Source of the DNA: Octopus bimaculoides | Taxonomy: Eukaryota | Direction of reading: 5' to 3' | Assembly: GCF_001194135.2 (NCBI RefSeq) | Contig: NC_068999.1 | Span: 13,086,106-13,150,105 of the forward strand | Length of the DNA stretch: 64,000 nucleotides | Shown: positions 10,685 through 24,523 of the stretch, piece by piece | How the letters are laid out: the number at the start of each line of letters is the position of its first letter | Position numbering within the stretch: position 1 is the stretch's first letter | The notes under the pieces: generated by a model | Told to the model about the DNA's origin: nothing | Databases searched by the model: none | What the model saw: the letters and a program-made list of their open reading frames with translations, nothing else | Made by a program: the position numbers and the translations under genes

Positions 10685-13600
10685 NNNNNNNNNNNNNNNN
10701 NNNNNNNNNNNNNNNNNNNNNNNNNNNNNNNNNNNNNNNNNNNNNNNNNNNNNNNNNNNNNNNNNNNNNNNNNNNNNNNNNNNNNNNNNNNNNNNNNNNN
10801 NNNNNNNNNNNNNNNNNNNNNNNNNNNNNNNNNNNNNNNNNNNNNNNNNNNNNNNNNNNNNNNNNNNNNNNNNNNNNNNNNNNNNNNNNNNNNNNNNNNN
10901 NNNNNNNNNNNNNNNNNNNNNNNNNNNNNNNNNNNNNNNNNNNNNNNNNNNNNNNNNNNNNNNNNNNNNNNNNNNNNNNNNNNNNNNNNNNNNNNNNNNN
11001 NNNNNNNNNNNNNNNNNNNNNNNNNNNNNNNNNNNNNNNNNNNNNNNNNNNNNNNNNNNNNNNNNNNNNNNNNNNNNNNNNNNNNNNNNNNNNNNNNNNN
11101 NNNNNNNNNNNNNNNNNNNNNNNNNNNNNNNNNNNNNNNNNNNNNNNNNNNNNNNNNNNNNNNNNNNNNNNNNNNNNNNNNNNNNNNNNNNNNNNNNNNN
11201 NNNNNNNNNNNNNNNNNNNNNNNNNNNNNNNNNNNNNNNNNNNNNNNNNNNNNNNNNNNNNNNNNNNNNNNNNNNNNNNNNNNNNNNNNNNNNNNNNNNN
11301 NNNNNNNNNNNNNNNNNNNNNNNNNNNNNNNNNNNNNNNNNNNNNNNNNNNNNNNNNNNNNNNNNNNNNNNNNNNNNNNNNNNNNNNNNNNNNNNNNNNN
11401 NNNNNNNNNNNNNNNNNNNNNNNNNNNNNNNNNNNNNNNNNNNNNNNNNNNNNNNNNNNNNNNNNNNNNNNNNAATTTGAGAATATAAGATTTTTTTTCT
11501 TAAGTTAATGTGAAAATTCAGTATTAGAGTTATAAAACGAAAGAAATAGTGTTATTTTGAAAGCCAAAAATAAGTAAACAAATATGTGAACCAAAATATA
11601 TATTACAAGAAAAAAAATGTTCTGCATTTAATAAGATTCTTGAAGTAATGTGAATGAAAAAGAAAGCTTCTATGATGTACGAATATATATTTTCCAACTT
11701 TTAATATTTTGTTATGTTTCATAAATATGAGACACAAACTAGATTCACAAAGGTAGCATCAAAACGTTAAAATATAATGTAGAATCTAAGTATGCATGAT
11801 GGTGTGATTTTTTTCTCTGCGCATGTATACGTTTATAAGCTTGTACGTGTAGGCATATATACACCTGCAGTTATGCTACAAATACATTACACGCAAATGT
11901 ACACACACACGACGAGATATCTACATAAACATCTCAGGCGCACGAATCTATTTGTGATGAAATGTTAGGTGAAATTGATGAAAATGTTATAACATTTCTT
12001 GGACATTTTGGACACAGCCCAGCGAACATGCACTCACTAGAATTATACTTTGTTTTGTCGAAGTTGTTTTCAAGTACAAAGAAAAATGTGTAGATAATTT
12101 ATGTCATAATTACTAGTATTAATAAATTAAACCTCTATATAGGGCAAGTCTTGAAAAAAAGAATCGCGGTAAAAACGCGCTTATTTAAACATTTTCAAAA
12201 GTAGAGAGTACGAAATAATATTATATTGCAGTGAAAGATGCACACTTCAGTTCTAGCAAGTTAATATTTGAATGATAAAAATGTCTGAAGTGAATCGGGA
12301 CCCAGTGGTAATATGTTTTAAATTTCACTCTCAAAATTGGAAAATTGAAACGAAATGAGGACAAGTCTGATGTAGTCATGGCAGGACGCTTTGATACGTT
12401 TGACATGCAAATAATCCGAAAATGTAGGATAAATTATTTCTTAGTAAATTCAGAAAGTTTCAATAACATTCTGTCCTGCCAAAAGAAAATTTACACGAAA
12501 TAACAGTTCTACAGTTAGATATGAGTAGAATATCAATATTTAGTACTGATTAATATATACATGTGAAACACGATTCGATAATATGTAGTGGATATCAGCT
12601 AAAAGATTAGGTTGGAGTGCAATTAATGAGCATTGTCGTTAATCCATTTTTCCAGGACAATATAAAGCTCACTGATGGTCATTATGTAGATATAATGAGT
12701 AGAACAATTTTGCCTTTGTATTCATCGACCTTGATAAATAAATTTGAGCCTCCTGTATTTTGGACTTGAGCATAGATACCACAATGAATAGTCTCCTGTT
12801 ATCTAGAGAGAAAATAGGATATACAGTAACATTTGTTGCTGAAATTTACAAGTGAATCGGTACTTTGGAAAACGATATCCATATCGCAGAATATCGAATG
12901 GTAACTCACATTTAGGATGCACGCCTCATATATTTTCTTAATTAGAACTTAAAAGTGTGAAAGTTAAACATGATAGCACTTTGAAAGAATATTAAGAACA
13001 TGTTATCGATTCGAAGGTTGGTTTTGATCGAGATAACAAAATGCCTAATCTTAATGCACAAGAAATTACGTGTAAAATACATAAAGTCATGGATCTACGA
13101 TTAGAAATATCTCTTGTGTATCTAAAGTATTTCCTTGGATTTAGAATCAGGAATAAAAGCTAACGAGTGCTTCACTTCTTGCGCGAGTGAAGGAAAAAGT
13201 GTCTAGAAACGTACTACAAAGAGACTTAAATAGTACTGTAGCAACAAATTTGCATATATTGTGATATATGCAAATGATTTTCTAAAAGATAGTCTGGCTC
13301 TCAATATATCAGTCTATTCGTGTTAACATACCTTATTATAGAATAAGTATGTAGATTCTATTTCTTATCAGTATCTAAGACCAGTTACAGGAAATCATTT
13401 TCTGTATCTGTATATTCGTTTCCATGTACACAAAAGGCACATTACGACTGAACCGTTTTCTATCTACACATTTAGATTTCATTAGCAACAGTTAAATGTT
13501 TTGAAAGTTCACTTAAAAATCGACTATAAGGAGAGTGTTAAATAAACTGGATAAATATATTTGTATATATAATGCATTTTTATCCGCTAGTTCTAACATT

Positions 13601-14730
13601 ATATGATAGCGTAGGCAACTCAGAAACTCTATAATAGTCACTACATCTGTACTACTGAGTAAGGGCACACAACTACATGACATAATTTATAACGCATTAA
13701 AGTTACATTGATTTGTAAAACCACCTAAATTTGTGACAGGTCAAATCAATATAATTGAAAGCGACTCTAAACAGTAACTGACTCATCAAACTCAACGAAT
13801 ATGAAAGAAGATGCTAAATCACTGCCTTGTTTTACTGTTGATGTTTTAACGACTTTTCACAAAATCGTTAATGGAACATAAATTGTAAACTTACTAATTA
13901 ATCATGTAACAATCAACACTAGATAATTCAAAACGTGTTATAATCTGCATTCTGAGTATGATGGCTATTATTGGTACGTTGTTGATTTCGGTAGTGTAAA
14001 AGATATAAAGTAACAATGATGTCCTTGCTTCGGAAATGAGCATTCTCCTAAAGAGGAATTCAATATTTGTTAAAGTCAGCAAATTATAATTTCGTGGTGC
14101 TGATTATTATATTGAGAATCTAACAAAAATATCTTTATTATGTCATTATTCTAAAAAGTGAACATTTCCCACTTCTCTCTCACAGATTACATTACTAAAC
14201 GGCGAATTTAATGTTCAAAATATAATTGATCTTTCCGTCTCTTAGTAATTACAGTGAAATTAAAACTACTTGAATTTACCATCATATTATAGCAATGAGT
14301 AGAAGAAAGTAACGCGTTGTGTATCTCTAATTTTACACAAAATTATTGGTATCTTAGATGGTTTAGTAAGAACTACCGAAAGTAGAAAACAATTCAAAGC
14401 AGACAAATTCCTGGAATTAATGAATGCTCGAAACAGTAAAGTCAAAAATGCTGTAAATTACAAATTATTTTCAATAGTTTGGACACTTCTTATAATGTTC
14501 TAAATCATTGTAAAACAATATTTGAATAATCTTTATAACGAGCAGCAACACAAAAGTACATTTGCTTACACTCAGTGTAAGTGATATGTGTAAGGGGTGG
14601 GTAATTCCAGGTCCTTGCTGACAGTCAAAGCAATCATTCTGCAAGTATTTCCATTCTGAAGTTCTGAAACTTTGAACTTGATACACATTATAGTAATGAC
14701 ATTACACTTCGTTGTATCTCTCACTAATAA

Positions 14731-14769
<39 letters not shown>

Positions 14770-15389
14770 TTGCGTTGTGTAATATTTCATGACAAATACG
14801 TTTCATGATAGTTACAGATCTGACTTGTGAATTATGTTATTGTTGCAGTAACTATATCACAGGAGAATAACGAAGGAAATTACTTGGGATATAAATTCTA
14901 CGAACATATTTATATGTTAATAGAGACCTATGCACAATCATGATGCCTAATTGCAATAGTATCTGTGTAATTAGTACCATAACTTACACAAGCATAAATG
15001 CTACAGACAGAACACCAATCTAGCCCTATCTCAAGTATCCCCTTAGACATTATTACATCCTCCATTCCTGAGAATAAACCCCACAATACACTGCCATGTA
15101 ATCGCCACCATGAGGCCATTTAACTTCTACAAACGCGTTACAGAATGTCTAATCTTATTTACAAATGCATGGTCGTCGACGCGCTACTCTATTCTACACC
15201 CATATATGAATGTTAAGCAACGACACGCTGCGCATCTCAGTTATTTTATATATGAGAAAACATATCCGCAACTTTCCTCAAATCCTAAATAACGTTTTGC
15301 CTGGTTCACTTCAAGTTGTTTTTTGTGGTGTTTAGTGTAAATGGCAGTGGAAGTAACACCAGAACAAAAGTGACAATAGCAAAATAAAT

Positions 15390-15464
<75 letters not shown>

Positions 15465-15500
15465 CAGCAGTAGTAGTAGTAGTAATAACAGCAGTAATAA
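15390..15500. repeat. (TAG)n microsatellite
   Basis: Directly visible; source of the poly-L ORF 15306..15512. Confidence 0.97.
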
Positions 15501-16264
15501 TGTATTATGCAAGATCAGGATTATTTTATAATTCTATTGCATTTCTATATCTTATGGATGAATTTCATATAGAACTATTTAATTTTATAAACACATTCAT
15601 CGCATGAATATGTTTAATGTAGTCGTTTTTGTCGTCAAAGTCTCATTTGTATTTGCCATTTGGATACATGATTCTTTTTCATTTGTTATATTATTGTAGC
15701 GTCGCATCTCCATTGATAATGAAGACTTGTCATCGTGATGCTATCTTCCGAAAAAATGTGTGCCTATCCAACATGCACATGTGTGATATTACGCCATGAT
15801 TCTGTTTACTTATAAATCATATTATATTATATGAAATTTTTGAGGAATCACGGTCGTAATATTCTTTGAAGCATGCGCAATAATTCAGTATTCAATATAT
15901 CTATGTAAACCTCCAGAGTTTGATAATGCATGCAAGGATGATACAATTGCTGTTCCTTTGCTCATAATTCTAAACCTTCTGGAATGAAAGAATATGTAGC
16001 TATATCTGTAAAAATGAATCTAGGTCTAATAAGAATTCTAGCGATTTGTATATATGTGGGATTTCGGATTTGGTTAATCTTGCTGGTATGCGTTTTGGGG
16101 TCTACAATGTTGACTCAAAGCAGCATGATATTTCATATAATATACATGCCGTTAGAGTGAACGTTTTCTGATCTTTTACATCTCCTTTCAGAAAGAGAAG
16201 AGTATTGGACAGTATTAAAGCCCCTGGAGAACCTACAGCTGCAAACGTAGTTGAAAGAAATTTA

Positions 16265-16720
16265 AATGACATGGAATGTTGAGAACCATTTCAAAATTAG
16301 GCGTGAAAAACATAAGTCCTGCTCAGTGCTCAGTGAATACAGTAAAATATATATACCATGGCGTGGACAGCTGCAATAGAAACTACAAATCGGGTTGCAG
16401 CTAGAAAAATGACAGCAGATGTTCATTATATTTCATAAGACAACAGGATCATCTGACCCGAATACAAATAGAAGCCGGAGACTGAGTTCAAACAATGGCC
16501 ATATCTATAGCAGGAGGAGTCGGTCTATTTCTATAGCTCTTGAAGTAGTGAGATGTTTCTTGTCGGAGCATGTCTGAGACTTCACCAATCCCGATTCCCC
16601 CGATTTTGATCTCATAACTACCAGCAAAACGAAACTACCAGCAAAACGACAGCCGAACTGTTGGGCATGACAGACTATGTGTTCGAAGATATTCCAAGGA
16701 ACACATTGAGATAAATATGT
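16265..16720 (+). mobile_element. RTE-type LINE APE endonuclease remnant
   Basis: TWNV(+1 nt)RTI at 16269-16290, then GVD-AAI-ET after a frameshift (resembling VDIAAIQET), then AGGVGLFL at 16510-16533. These are the ordered N-terminal APE motifs, interrupted by stops. Confidence 0.5.
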
Positions 16721-18329
16721 GCCTAGTTACAGTGCCATCTTGAGATCGTGGTTATAGATGTAGGCAGCTATTTTCAGGAAACTGTTCTGCTCTATCTATA
16801 ATCTAGTTAATCTTTTTAACACTTTTTTGTAATACGTTTATGTTTGGATTGGATACAAACTGTTAAATTTAGATCGAACGCAGTGTAAGAATTTATTTTT
16901 TTCTTGTTAGCATTAATTCTCAACCAATCTTCGTGTTACGAGAAGCATTTAGAGTAATGAAATCAACTGGTGGAAAACTAGCATTTAGTTGCAACAAAAA
17001 GGCGTCTAAAATAATAATAATAATATAAAGCTCATTTTTTTTTTAAAGTAAAGATTATGAAACTAAATATAATTCATATTTAGATACGTAAAATATTACG
17101 TAATATACAAATTTACAGTTTCATAGTTGAGTATATATCCCATAATCTCTCTTGATAGTTATATACATATATGTGTGTGCATGCGTATGTTTTTACTTTC
17201 TCACTACTAATCTCTGTTGAGCGCAGGAGGCGACAGCTTTTGAGAAGACACGACATTACAAAATTTAATTTATTTCCTCTAAAATGTCGTGGACTTGTGC
17301 CAAAGTACGTAATCAGTATTATTTCGCTGACATAGGATTGAGAATTTAGGACAACCTAAGATATGGTATTAGATTTAGCATTGAAATGATTGTGGAATCG
17401 AATTTGTCAGTCTTCATTACAGAATGAATAAGATTAACCGAATCAATATTGTGTCGTACGAAACGTTGGTGAGTCGCAGAGTTAGAAGTGACAGAGCACT
17501 GGATGAAATGACGTATTCTATTTGGTTACATTAATGGTGTAACTTTGCATACCATCGGTTCCGGTATAAGGAAATAGTATCATCTAAGAAAAAGGGCTGG
17601 TGATTAAATAGCTTATGACCCACAGCAACATATCTGATTAGTAGCTACGTTAACATTCAATGGACAAATATAAATATATTTTCACTGTAGATTAAGAATC
17701 TATACCAAGAATCTATACTATTGTCAATTCCCGGTGTTTTTCTCAAAACATTTGATGCTTTTCCTTTTTCTTTTTATCTTGATACAATAGAGTATTTTAC
17801 AGCCAACTTTTGCTTAACAACGACCTTTGAACTAAAGAATTAATTGCTTACTACGCACACAATAGCAGCCCGCAATGATTATGGTTCTTTTAGCGAATAT
17901 TTCGTAGCGTCAAACATTCAAAATCATCATCATCCAGTGCAATTATTTTTAAAGATTTATAAAGAACTTCAGAGGAATTCTCTGGCGATCCTTAAGATAA
18001 TCATAATTTTTAAAAAAATCCTTAGACCGTCAGAGGCTGCGTTTGCCATTTTCTAAGTCTTATGCGATAGATAGTTACAATGGGATATAAGTACTATTCG
18101 GTTACACACAAAATTACCATGCCACAGCATAAAATAACACCATGCGATATCATAAATTGCTCTTCATGGAATGACTCAAACTCCATGCCAATAAATTATA
18201 CACTTGCTCAATCCACAAAATGCGTTGGCATTGATAAAAGCGTGTTACATAAATATATATAATATAACTACACCTGCATATGGTGGTAGTATGTCGTAGT
18301 CTGAGGAAAACTGTTCTGCAATTTATTGC

Positions 18330-18540
18330 TGAACATCCCGCGCCCAGGTTTTGCATTTGCTGCACATTAGCTCACTCCCTCCACCAAACCGATGTTGCCT
18401 GAGCCGTACCAAAATGTGTCAATGTGATCGCAGAGCAACGAGAGATAAAATGCATTGCTCAAGAACACGACTCGCTAGAACGTAAGTTCACCGTCTCCCG
18501 AACGTGAGTGCAAAGCCATAACCAATCATGTGAACTCGAC
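18330..18540 (-). mobile_element. Degenerate SINE (family 3)
   Basis: gcaacgagagataaaatgcattgctcaagaacacgac...gtgagtgcaaagccataaccaatc resembles the reverse complement of a tRNA-type SINE head that I recall from cephalopod sequence. No second copy in the window supports it. Confidence 0.35.
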
Positions 18541-20059
18541 ACTGCGGATACGTAAACATATGCATACATGTATGTATATACAAATTAACTATTCAGGACA
18601 AACACAAACTTCAATTGGACATTTATTCTTTTAATAAGGAATTAACACTTTTGCCTTTGGAAGCTGCGAACTGCGCACCGGCAACATTTGTGTTGATCTA
18701 GAAGTACTTCCGGAGACTGAAAATGGATTGTGCTTGATTTGAAAGATATTTGAAGGCAAATCGTTATTATGACCGTAAATTTGTTAACAGGATATGCACA
18801 CAATGGAGCTTTTCAGTATGTCTTTATATTTCTATTCAAAAACTGAAACACACACACTTGAAAATATATCTAGATTTTAAAGCCAATTGCGATTGTCTTT
18901 CTCTGCCGGTGTCTGTGTCTCTGTCTGTCCGCCTATCCCTCTCTGTGTTTATGTTTGTCTGTCTGTCTATCAATCTGCATATCTACCTATTTTCTATTTA
19001 GTATATGTGTATGTGAATACATTATGCATAATATTTTTATGCTATTATATAATGATTTACAGAATGTGCGGCTAATTCTTTCAATCACTGCGCTGAGGCC
19101 ATGATAGACCACGAATTACGGGCGAGAGAGACTTAGCGCAATAAACTGATTTCTTTTGTTTACGTCTGGTTTTTTACGCTGATTTCGCATGTGCCAAATC
19201 GTTAAGTCCCAGTAATTTTACTAAAATCCGACGGGTTTTCAGTGGGCGGTACAGACGCACATACATATCTTCATACACTTTCACACACAGGCAGATATAC
19301 ACACAGCAACAAAAACATACACAACAACATATGCACCTAACTACATACGCGTATGCATGATTCAAAATATAGCGATAAAATTTTATATAAGAAAATTAAT
19401 CTTTCATAATTCATATTGCGCATATTGTTTCTTTCCTATTCAGTCATGTTAATGCATGTATTTTTAACAGTATATGGTTTTTTTATAGGAAATACCACTA
19501 ATGTAAAAGCTAAGTAGAAGCAAAATTTGAGCAAAGAAAACAATTGATGTTAAAAGAAGAGATAAGCTGCACCATATGCAGCTCGTGTGCCGTAGAATGA
19601 CCGTAACCCGCTTTTGGTCATATATTATATTACGTCTTCCTCTTCTCTAATATAACACTCGGTCTCATTCATACGCACGTGTTCTTATACATAAACTTAG
19701 ATGTGTCTCGGAGCTCACTGCGTTGCGTGATGAAGTGCTATATGATATTCGCTTCGAACAAGTTTTGAAACGGAAGTGTTCAGTTTTTATTTATTAGCTA
19801 TATATATAGTTGATCTATTTAGTTTTGTAAACGTCTTCCTATGCGATATGTTGATTATAACCATACAGCATATGTATCAATATAAAAAAAATATATATAA
19901 ATATTCTGATAACTATCTTTCAATAAAATAAAACAGAAATCATTCATTAGTTTGACAGAGAAAGACATTTGAAATATTTTTATATTGCTCTGTTACTCAT
20001 GATCAATTGGATCTTTTGTGTACCCATATACAGACAGACACATAATATTATGCAACTAT

Positions 20060-20446
20060 CTTTTATCTTTCATCGTTTGTTTGTTTCAGTCAGTAGATTG
20101 CGTCCATTCTGGGGCACCAACTTCTTGAACTTTTAGTCGATAGAATGAACTCCAGTACTTTTGTTTTATTTTTGTTAATCCTCGTACCTACTCTATCAGT
20201 TTCATTGCAGAAACGCTAAGATACGGGGACGTAAAAGGCCATGAAGACACACATACACACGCATATAAGTGTCTGTGTGTGTGTGTGTGTTTATTTCAGT
20301 TTCCGTATCCCAAGCCACACACAAGGGCCTGAGCGGCCCGAGGGCCCGAGGCTATACTACAAGACACCCATCAATGGAGTGGAATTGAACGCGAAAATCC
20401 ATGTGATTTGGAAGAACGCTTTTTACAGTACAGCGACGCCTGCGCC
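20060..20446 (-). mobile_element. Near full-length tRNA-derived SINE (family 1) with internal CA/TG tract
   Basis: Minus strand starts GGCGCAGGCGTCGCTGTACTGTAA (A-box-like), then GCGTTCAATTCC (B-box-like), a body, an internal microsatellite, and a tail GGTGCCCCAGAATGGACGCAATCTACTGACTGAAACAAAC. The body and tail recur at 28625, 33355, 35655 and 59860. Confidence 0.8.
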
Positions 20447-23400
20447 TGTATGCGTACACATAAAGACATCATAAGACAATTTGCAATACAGTTCAATCAA
20501 ATGTACACATATTTAAATGTGTAGTTATAGTGTTGACGTATGTTTATATCAATATTTTAACGGATATTCTACAAAAATGCACATGTCTGATGATACAATT
20601 ATAATGTATATGAGTGTTTGCCTTTGAACGTTTAGAGAGGAACACTGTTTAGCTTCAGACTTAGTGAATATATTTCTACTAGATTTCTCGCTTTCGATCT
20701 TCAGAAATAATTTCATTGGGGAAATGATTTCCTCACTACTGACACTTTTGATACAGTTGGAGACGCTTTGCTAATTTGGTTAATACATCAGTTATTATGG
20801 AAATTAACACCTTTACAGCAAACCTGATAAACTCACATGAATTCTTATCATTCATATTTCCTATTAACACGTTAATAGGTTTTATATGCAACATTTATTT
20901 TTCTTTCCTAGACCGTCCACCTAATGTATCTCGAACGTAAAATTAACAGTCACTTCTTCACCAAATTCGGCTATGAAAGTATTGTTGTCATCGCATGTCC
21001 AATGTCCAGGAGTATTCACACGTTAATGTTCTCACTAATCATTCTTTTGTCGAGAATTGTACCGCTCCATTATGATTTAAATCTATCATCCACGATAATT
21101 CTCTCGCCTTCGATAGCATATCCACCAATATTAACAGATTTCAATTATTTCAAAGTCACTCAGTGAAATACACGTGGCCCTCCACAGCCTAGCATCGATT
21201 TTCGATTAACAATCAGTATTGCTGCAGACAAGCCATCCAGTAACCTTCCTCCATGTAGCACACAAGACGGTATGGTTAAATGGCCACGATTTATATAACC
21301 ATTTGCATATGCTTGAGTCTGTAGGAGCATACCATCTGCGTAAATAAACAAAAAAAACAAAAGATTTAGACGCTGCATCAGTCCGTAATAGACATTAAAT
21401 ATGCAGACAAATTAAATTGTAATAATGTTTGCGATTTTTTTTTTTTTTTGTGAATGTCATCGAAGCTACCCTTGTTCCTCTGCACTTATTAGTAGGATAT
21501 GTAATTAATTGATTTTTCTCAAACCTGAACCAGACGATATTTTTCTCAATTTATACAGTTTTCTTTTTATTGAGGATGTTATATTGTTCCATATCCACTC
21601 TTCAATTACACTACGTCGTTCTATTCAAATCATGTGAATCAGCAAAAAGCTGCAAATTTAGAAGAAGCTCTCAGAATAAAACAACATATTGTTAAATTTC
21701 TGCTGGTAGTTACTGAATAAGAAATATCATGTACTGACAATGTTAATCGAATTGAAATGGTTAAATATGAAGACATATAAAAATAGTTTAATTACATTTT
21801 GTGGGTAACCAAGAAATGTATAACACCATGACATACGTTACATGCATTTATTTTCTAATATATACAGGAGTTAAAGATGTTAATAAAGAATTTACAATCT
21901 AAAGCTTAAATTAACACTGTGACAGACGTTTTAGTAGGCATGAAGCACATATATATTTTAGATTTAAATTGGTTTTAGCTGTTTTTGTTAACGAAGATTG
22001 CTTTTCAAAATCAGTCTAGTTGCAATTCTCTGCAGCCATGACGTTAATAATGGTCAATGCTTTTACACACACTGTATTATTCAGAGATTCAACACTAGTA
22101 TTTGGGGGGGGGGGGTTATAATTCCGAAAGCGTATTTATTCAGATAAAATTAAAGTGAACATCGTATCATACATTTTCATTCAAAGCGTAAAGTGGTTCA
22201 TTTTAAGTTAACCAAGATGTTCATCTTAAAATCCACACAGCTGGAAGCTCAGTTAAACACAGTTTCAAAGTGTTCATGCTCTTCTTACGTTCAGGTGTTT
22301 ATATTGTTAAGTACGTTAAGTACTGCACCATCTTGTCTAGTAAATTGTCAAAGCGAAAGAATGGAAAGGGTTATATAGCACATAGCATTCTATATAATGC
22401 CCTCTGACATTCCTACCCCATCATTTAGCAATGTGTGAAGTGGTAAGTGCCAATATATGTTATTGCTCTGACATGTTCAATTAGCATCGAATTTCTTTCT
22501 CCCACATAGAAAACACACCCAACAAGTTTGTTTAATTAATATATTAGGAGAAACCTGAATGGTTCATATAAAATCTAGTGCTTAAATCTAAATAGTTTTC
22601 TACTGAAGTTTAACATGATTTTTTCGCTTTCAAATCCATTTCCCGTTGCCTTAAATACAGCAGATCTAATCGAAATTCCATTTCATTATGCATTTTTGAA
22701 ATTATATATTTGATTAATCCTTGATCCTCTAAGATATATTTGACTGATTCATGCAATTTCTGCTTGTATCAAATACTAAAAACATATATTATGTAGATTA
22801 CTTCAAGTATGTAGTTTGCCTTCTGGTTATTTATATCATCCACTTTTGTACAAGTATGAAAGTAACCACATGCCGATTTTTAATCTTGATTGCTGTCTAG
22901 ATCACTTGAATCCATTTGGTTAGTGCATGTGTTTTTTTAATACTATATCACTTTCATTTCATACAGGCTTTCCTGTGAGTCATAATTAGCATACAATTTA
23001 AGTATGAGTTAATTTCTGCAACGTTCCATAATCCTTTAATTAAATACTTGCGTTTGTATTTGTATGACTACTTTCCTCATGTATTTAACATTTGTTGTGT
23101 GGGGAACTGTTCAAAGCAGTTCTGTCACAGCTTACAATCTGTTTCATTTGTGAATTTTGTCAATTGATAGCATGTCGATATTGAACTGGAGTTTGGATTT
23201 CCACAAAGAATTACATAGTGGTAAAATAATGGAGGCACCTACGAGTACACAGTAGTATGATGCAGAGCACAAAAAACTAAATGGTACAAAAATCAGTGTA
23301 TATTCTCTGACTATTACAACTGTGACAAAAATACAGCGACATCAGACACATTTTCTGTAGATACGTGATACATTGGGTTTATACTAATATAACAAGTACA

Positions 23401-24216
23401 CCTGAAAATGAATTTCAAATTGTAATTGACGGTTGAAGAGAAAAGGACGAAGTAAATATCAACTGAAAATTTACGTTACTTTCACAATGTACGAACATTG
23501 CAGGAGGCGTAATGTTAAGGCTTTTGACGGATAAAAATAATTCATTCCCTCAGTTATCTGTCACCAATGCACTTGGGAGATTGTTTGCTCTTTCTCTGTT
23601 TCTGGTGTACATTTTTCCGCAACTATGATGTATAAGGTCATTCACATTCCTGTATGCTTTCGTAAAATGTATGTGTATATATATAACGTAGATATATAGA
23701 TAAATAGATTGATATAATGATAGATATAGATATACAAATACATACATATATACGTGCTTGCAAGTTTACAAGTACATGAATATAGTATTATTGGGTAGTC
23801 GTTTGAAATTTAAATTGTCACTCCTGGTAACTACTTACATTGTAAATTTATACGTACTCAGATATAGTTTAGTAAAAAAAAAAGCAAAAATAGCTACTTC
23901 AATTTCGACTGTAAATTTAAAACGTCTACTCGACAGTCAGGCTACTACACATTATATCATCGTCATGTTTAAATCAACATCTTATTTTCATCATTTATGT
24001 CAGACTTCTAATCGCAATCATAAGGTTTCCTTCATTTAAATCAAATTTTTCATCACTGTCACCATCATCAATGTTAGCATCATCACCATCGATATCACCA
24101 TTATTAACTTCTTAATTATACTACCACGGATATCATTATTATTCATTCGTAAAAAATGTAGGAAAAAATGCACCACAGTTTTTAGTTATCTTCTTCTTAT
24201 TGGTATTCTTATTTTA

Positions 24217-24217
<1 letters not shown>

Positions 24218-24304
<87 letters not shown>

Positions 24305-24344
24305 TATTGTTATTATCATTATTATTACTATCATTATTATTGTT

Positions 24345-24389
<45 letters not shown>
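24218..24389. repeat. (TAT)n microsatellite with CAT/TAC/TGT variants
   Basis: Directly visible. Confidence 0.97.
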
Positions 24390-24523
24390 GAAAGGCGGTT
24401 AGCTTCAAAAACCTTAGGCACGCTGCACAAAATACTTAGCGGCACTCTGTCCGTCTTTACGTTCTGAGTTCAATGGCCTCTCTGTCAAACTTGCCTTTCA
24501 CCATCTCGGAGTCAATAAATTAA
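24390..24523 (+). mobile_element. SINE (family 2), 3'-truncated
   Basis: aaggcggttagcttcaaaaaccttaggcacgctgcacaaaatacttagcggc...tacgttctgagttcaatgg...ttgcctttcaccatctcggagtcaataaattaa, with B-box-like GAGTTCAA. It starts immediately after the TAT array. Confidence 0.7.

Noticed and set aside
19720-19790. GTGATGA box C-like motif and CGGAAGTG ETS-like motif
   Set aside because: No downstream CTGA box D or terminal stem; short motifs are expected by chance.
21160-21335. Minus-strand acceptor followed by WPFNHTVLCATW, resembling a class A GPCR ECL1 motif
   Set aside because: Flanks lack hydrophobic TM2/TM3 character and a DRY motif, the frame stops soon after, and there is no good donor.
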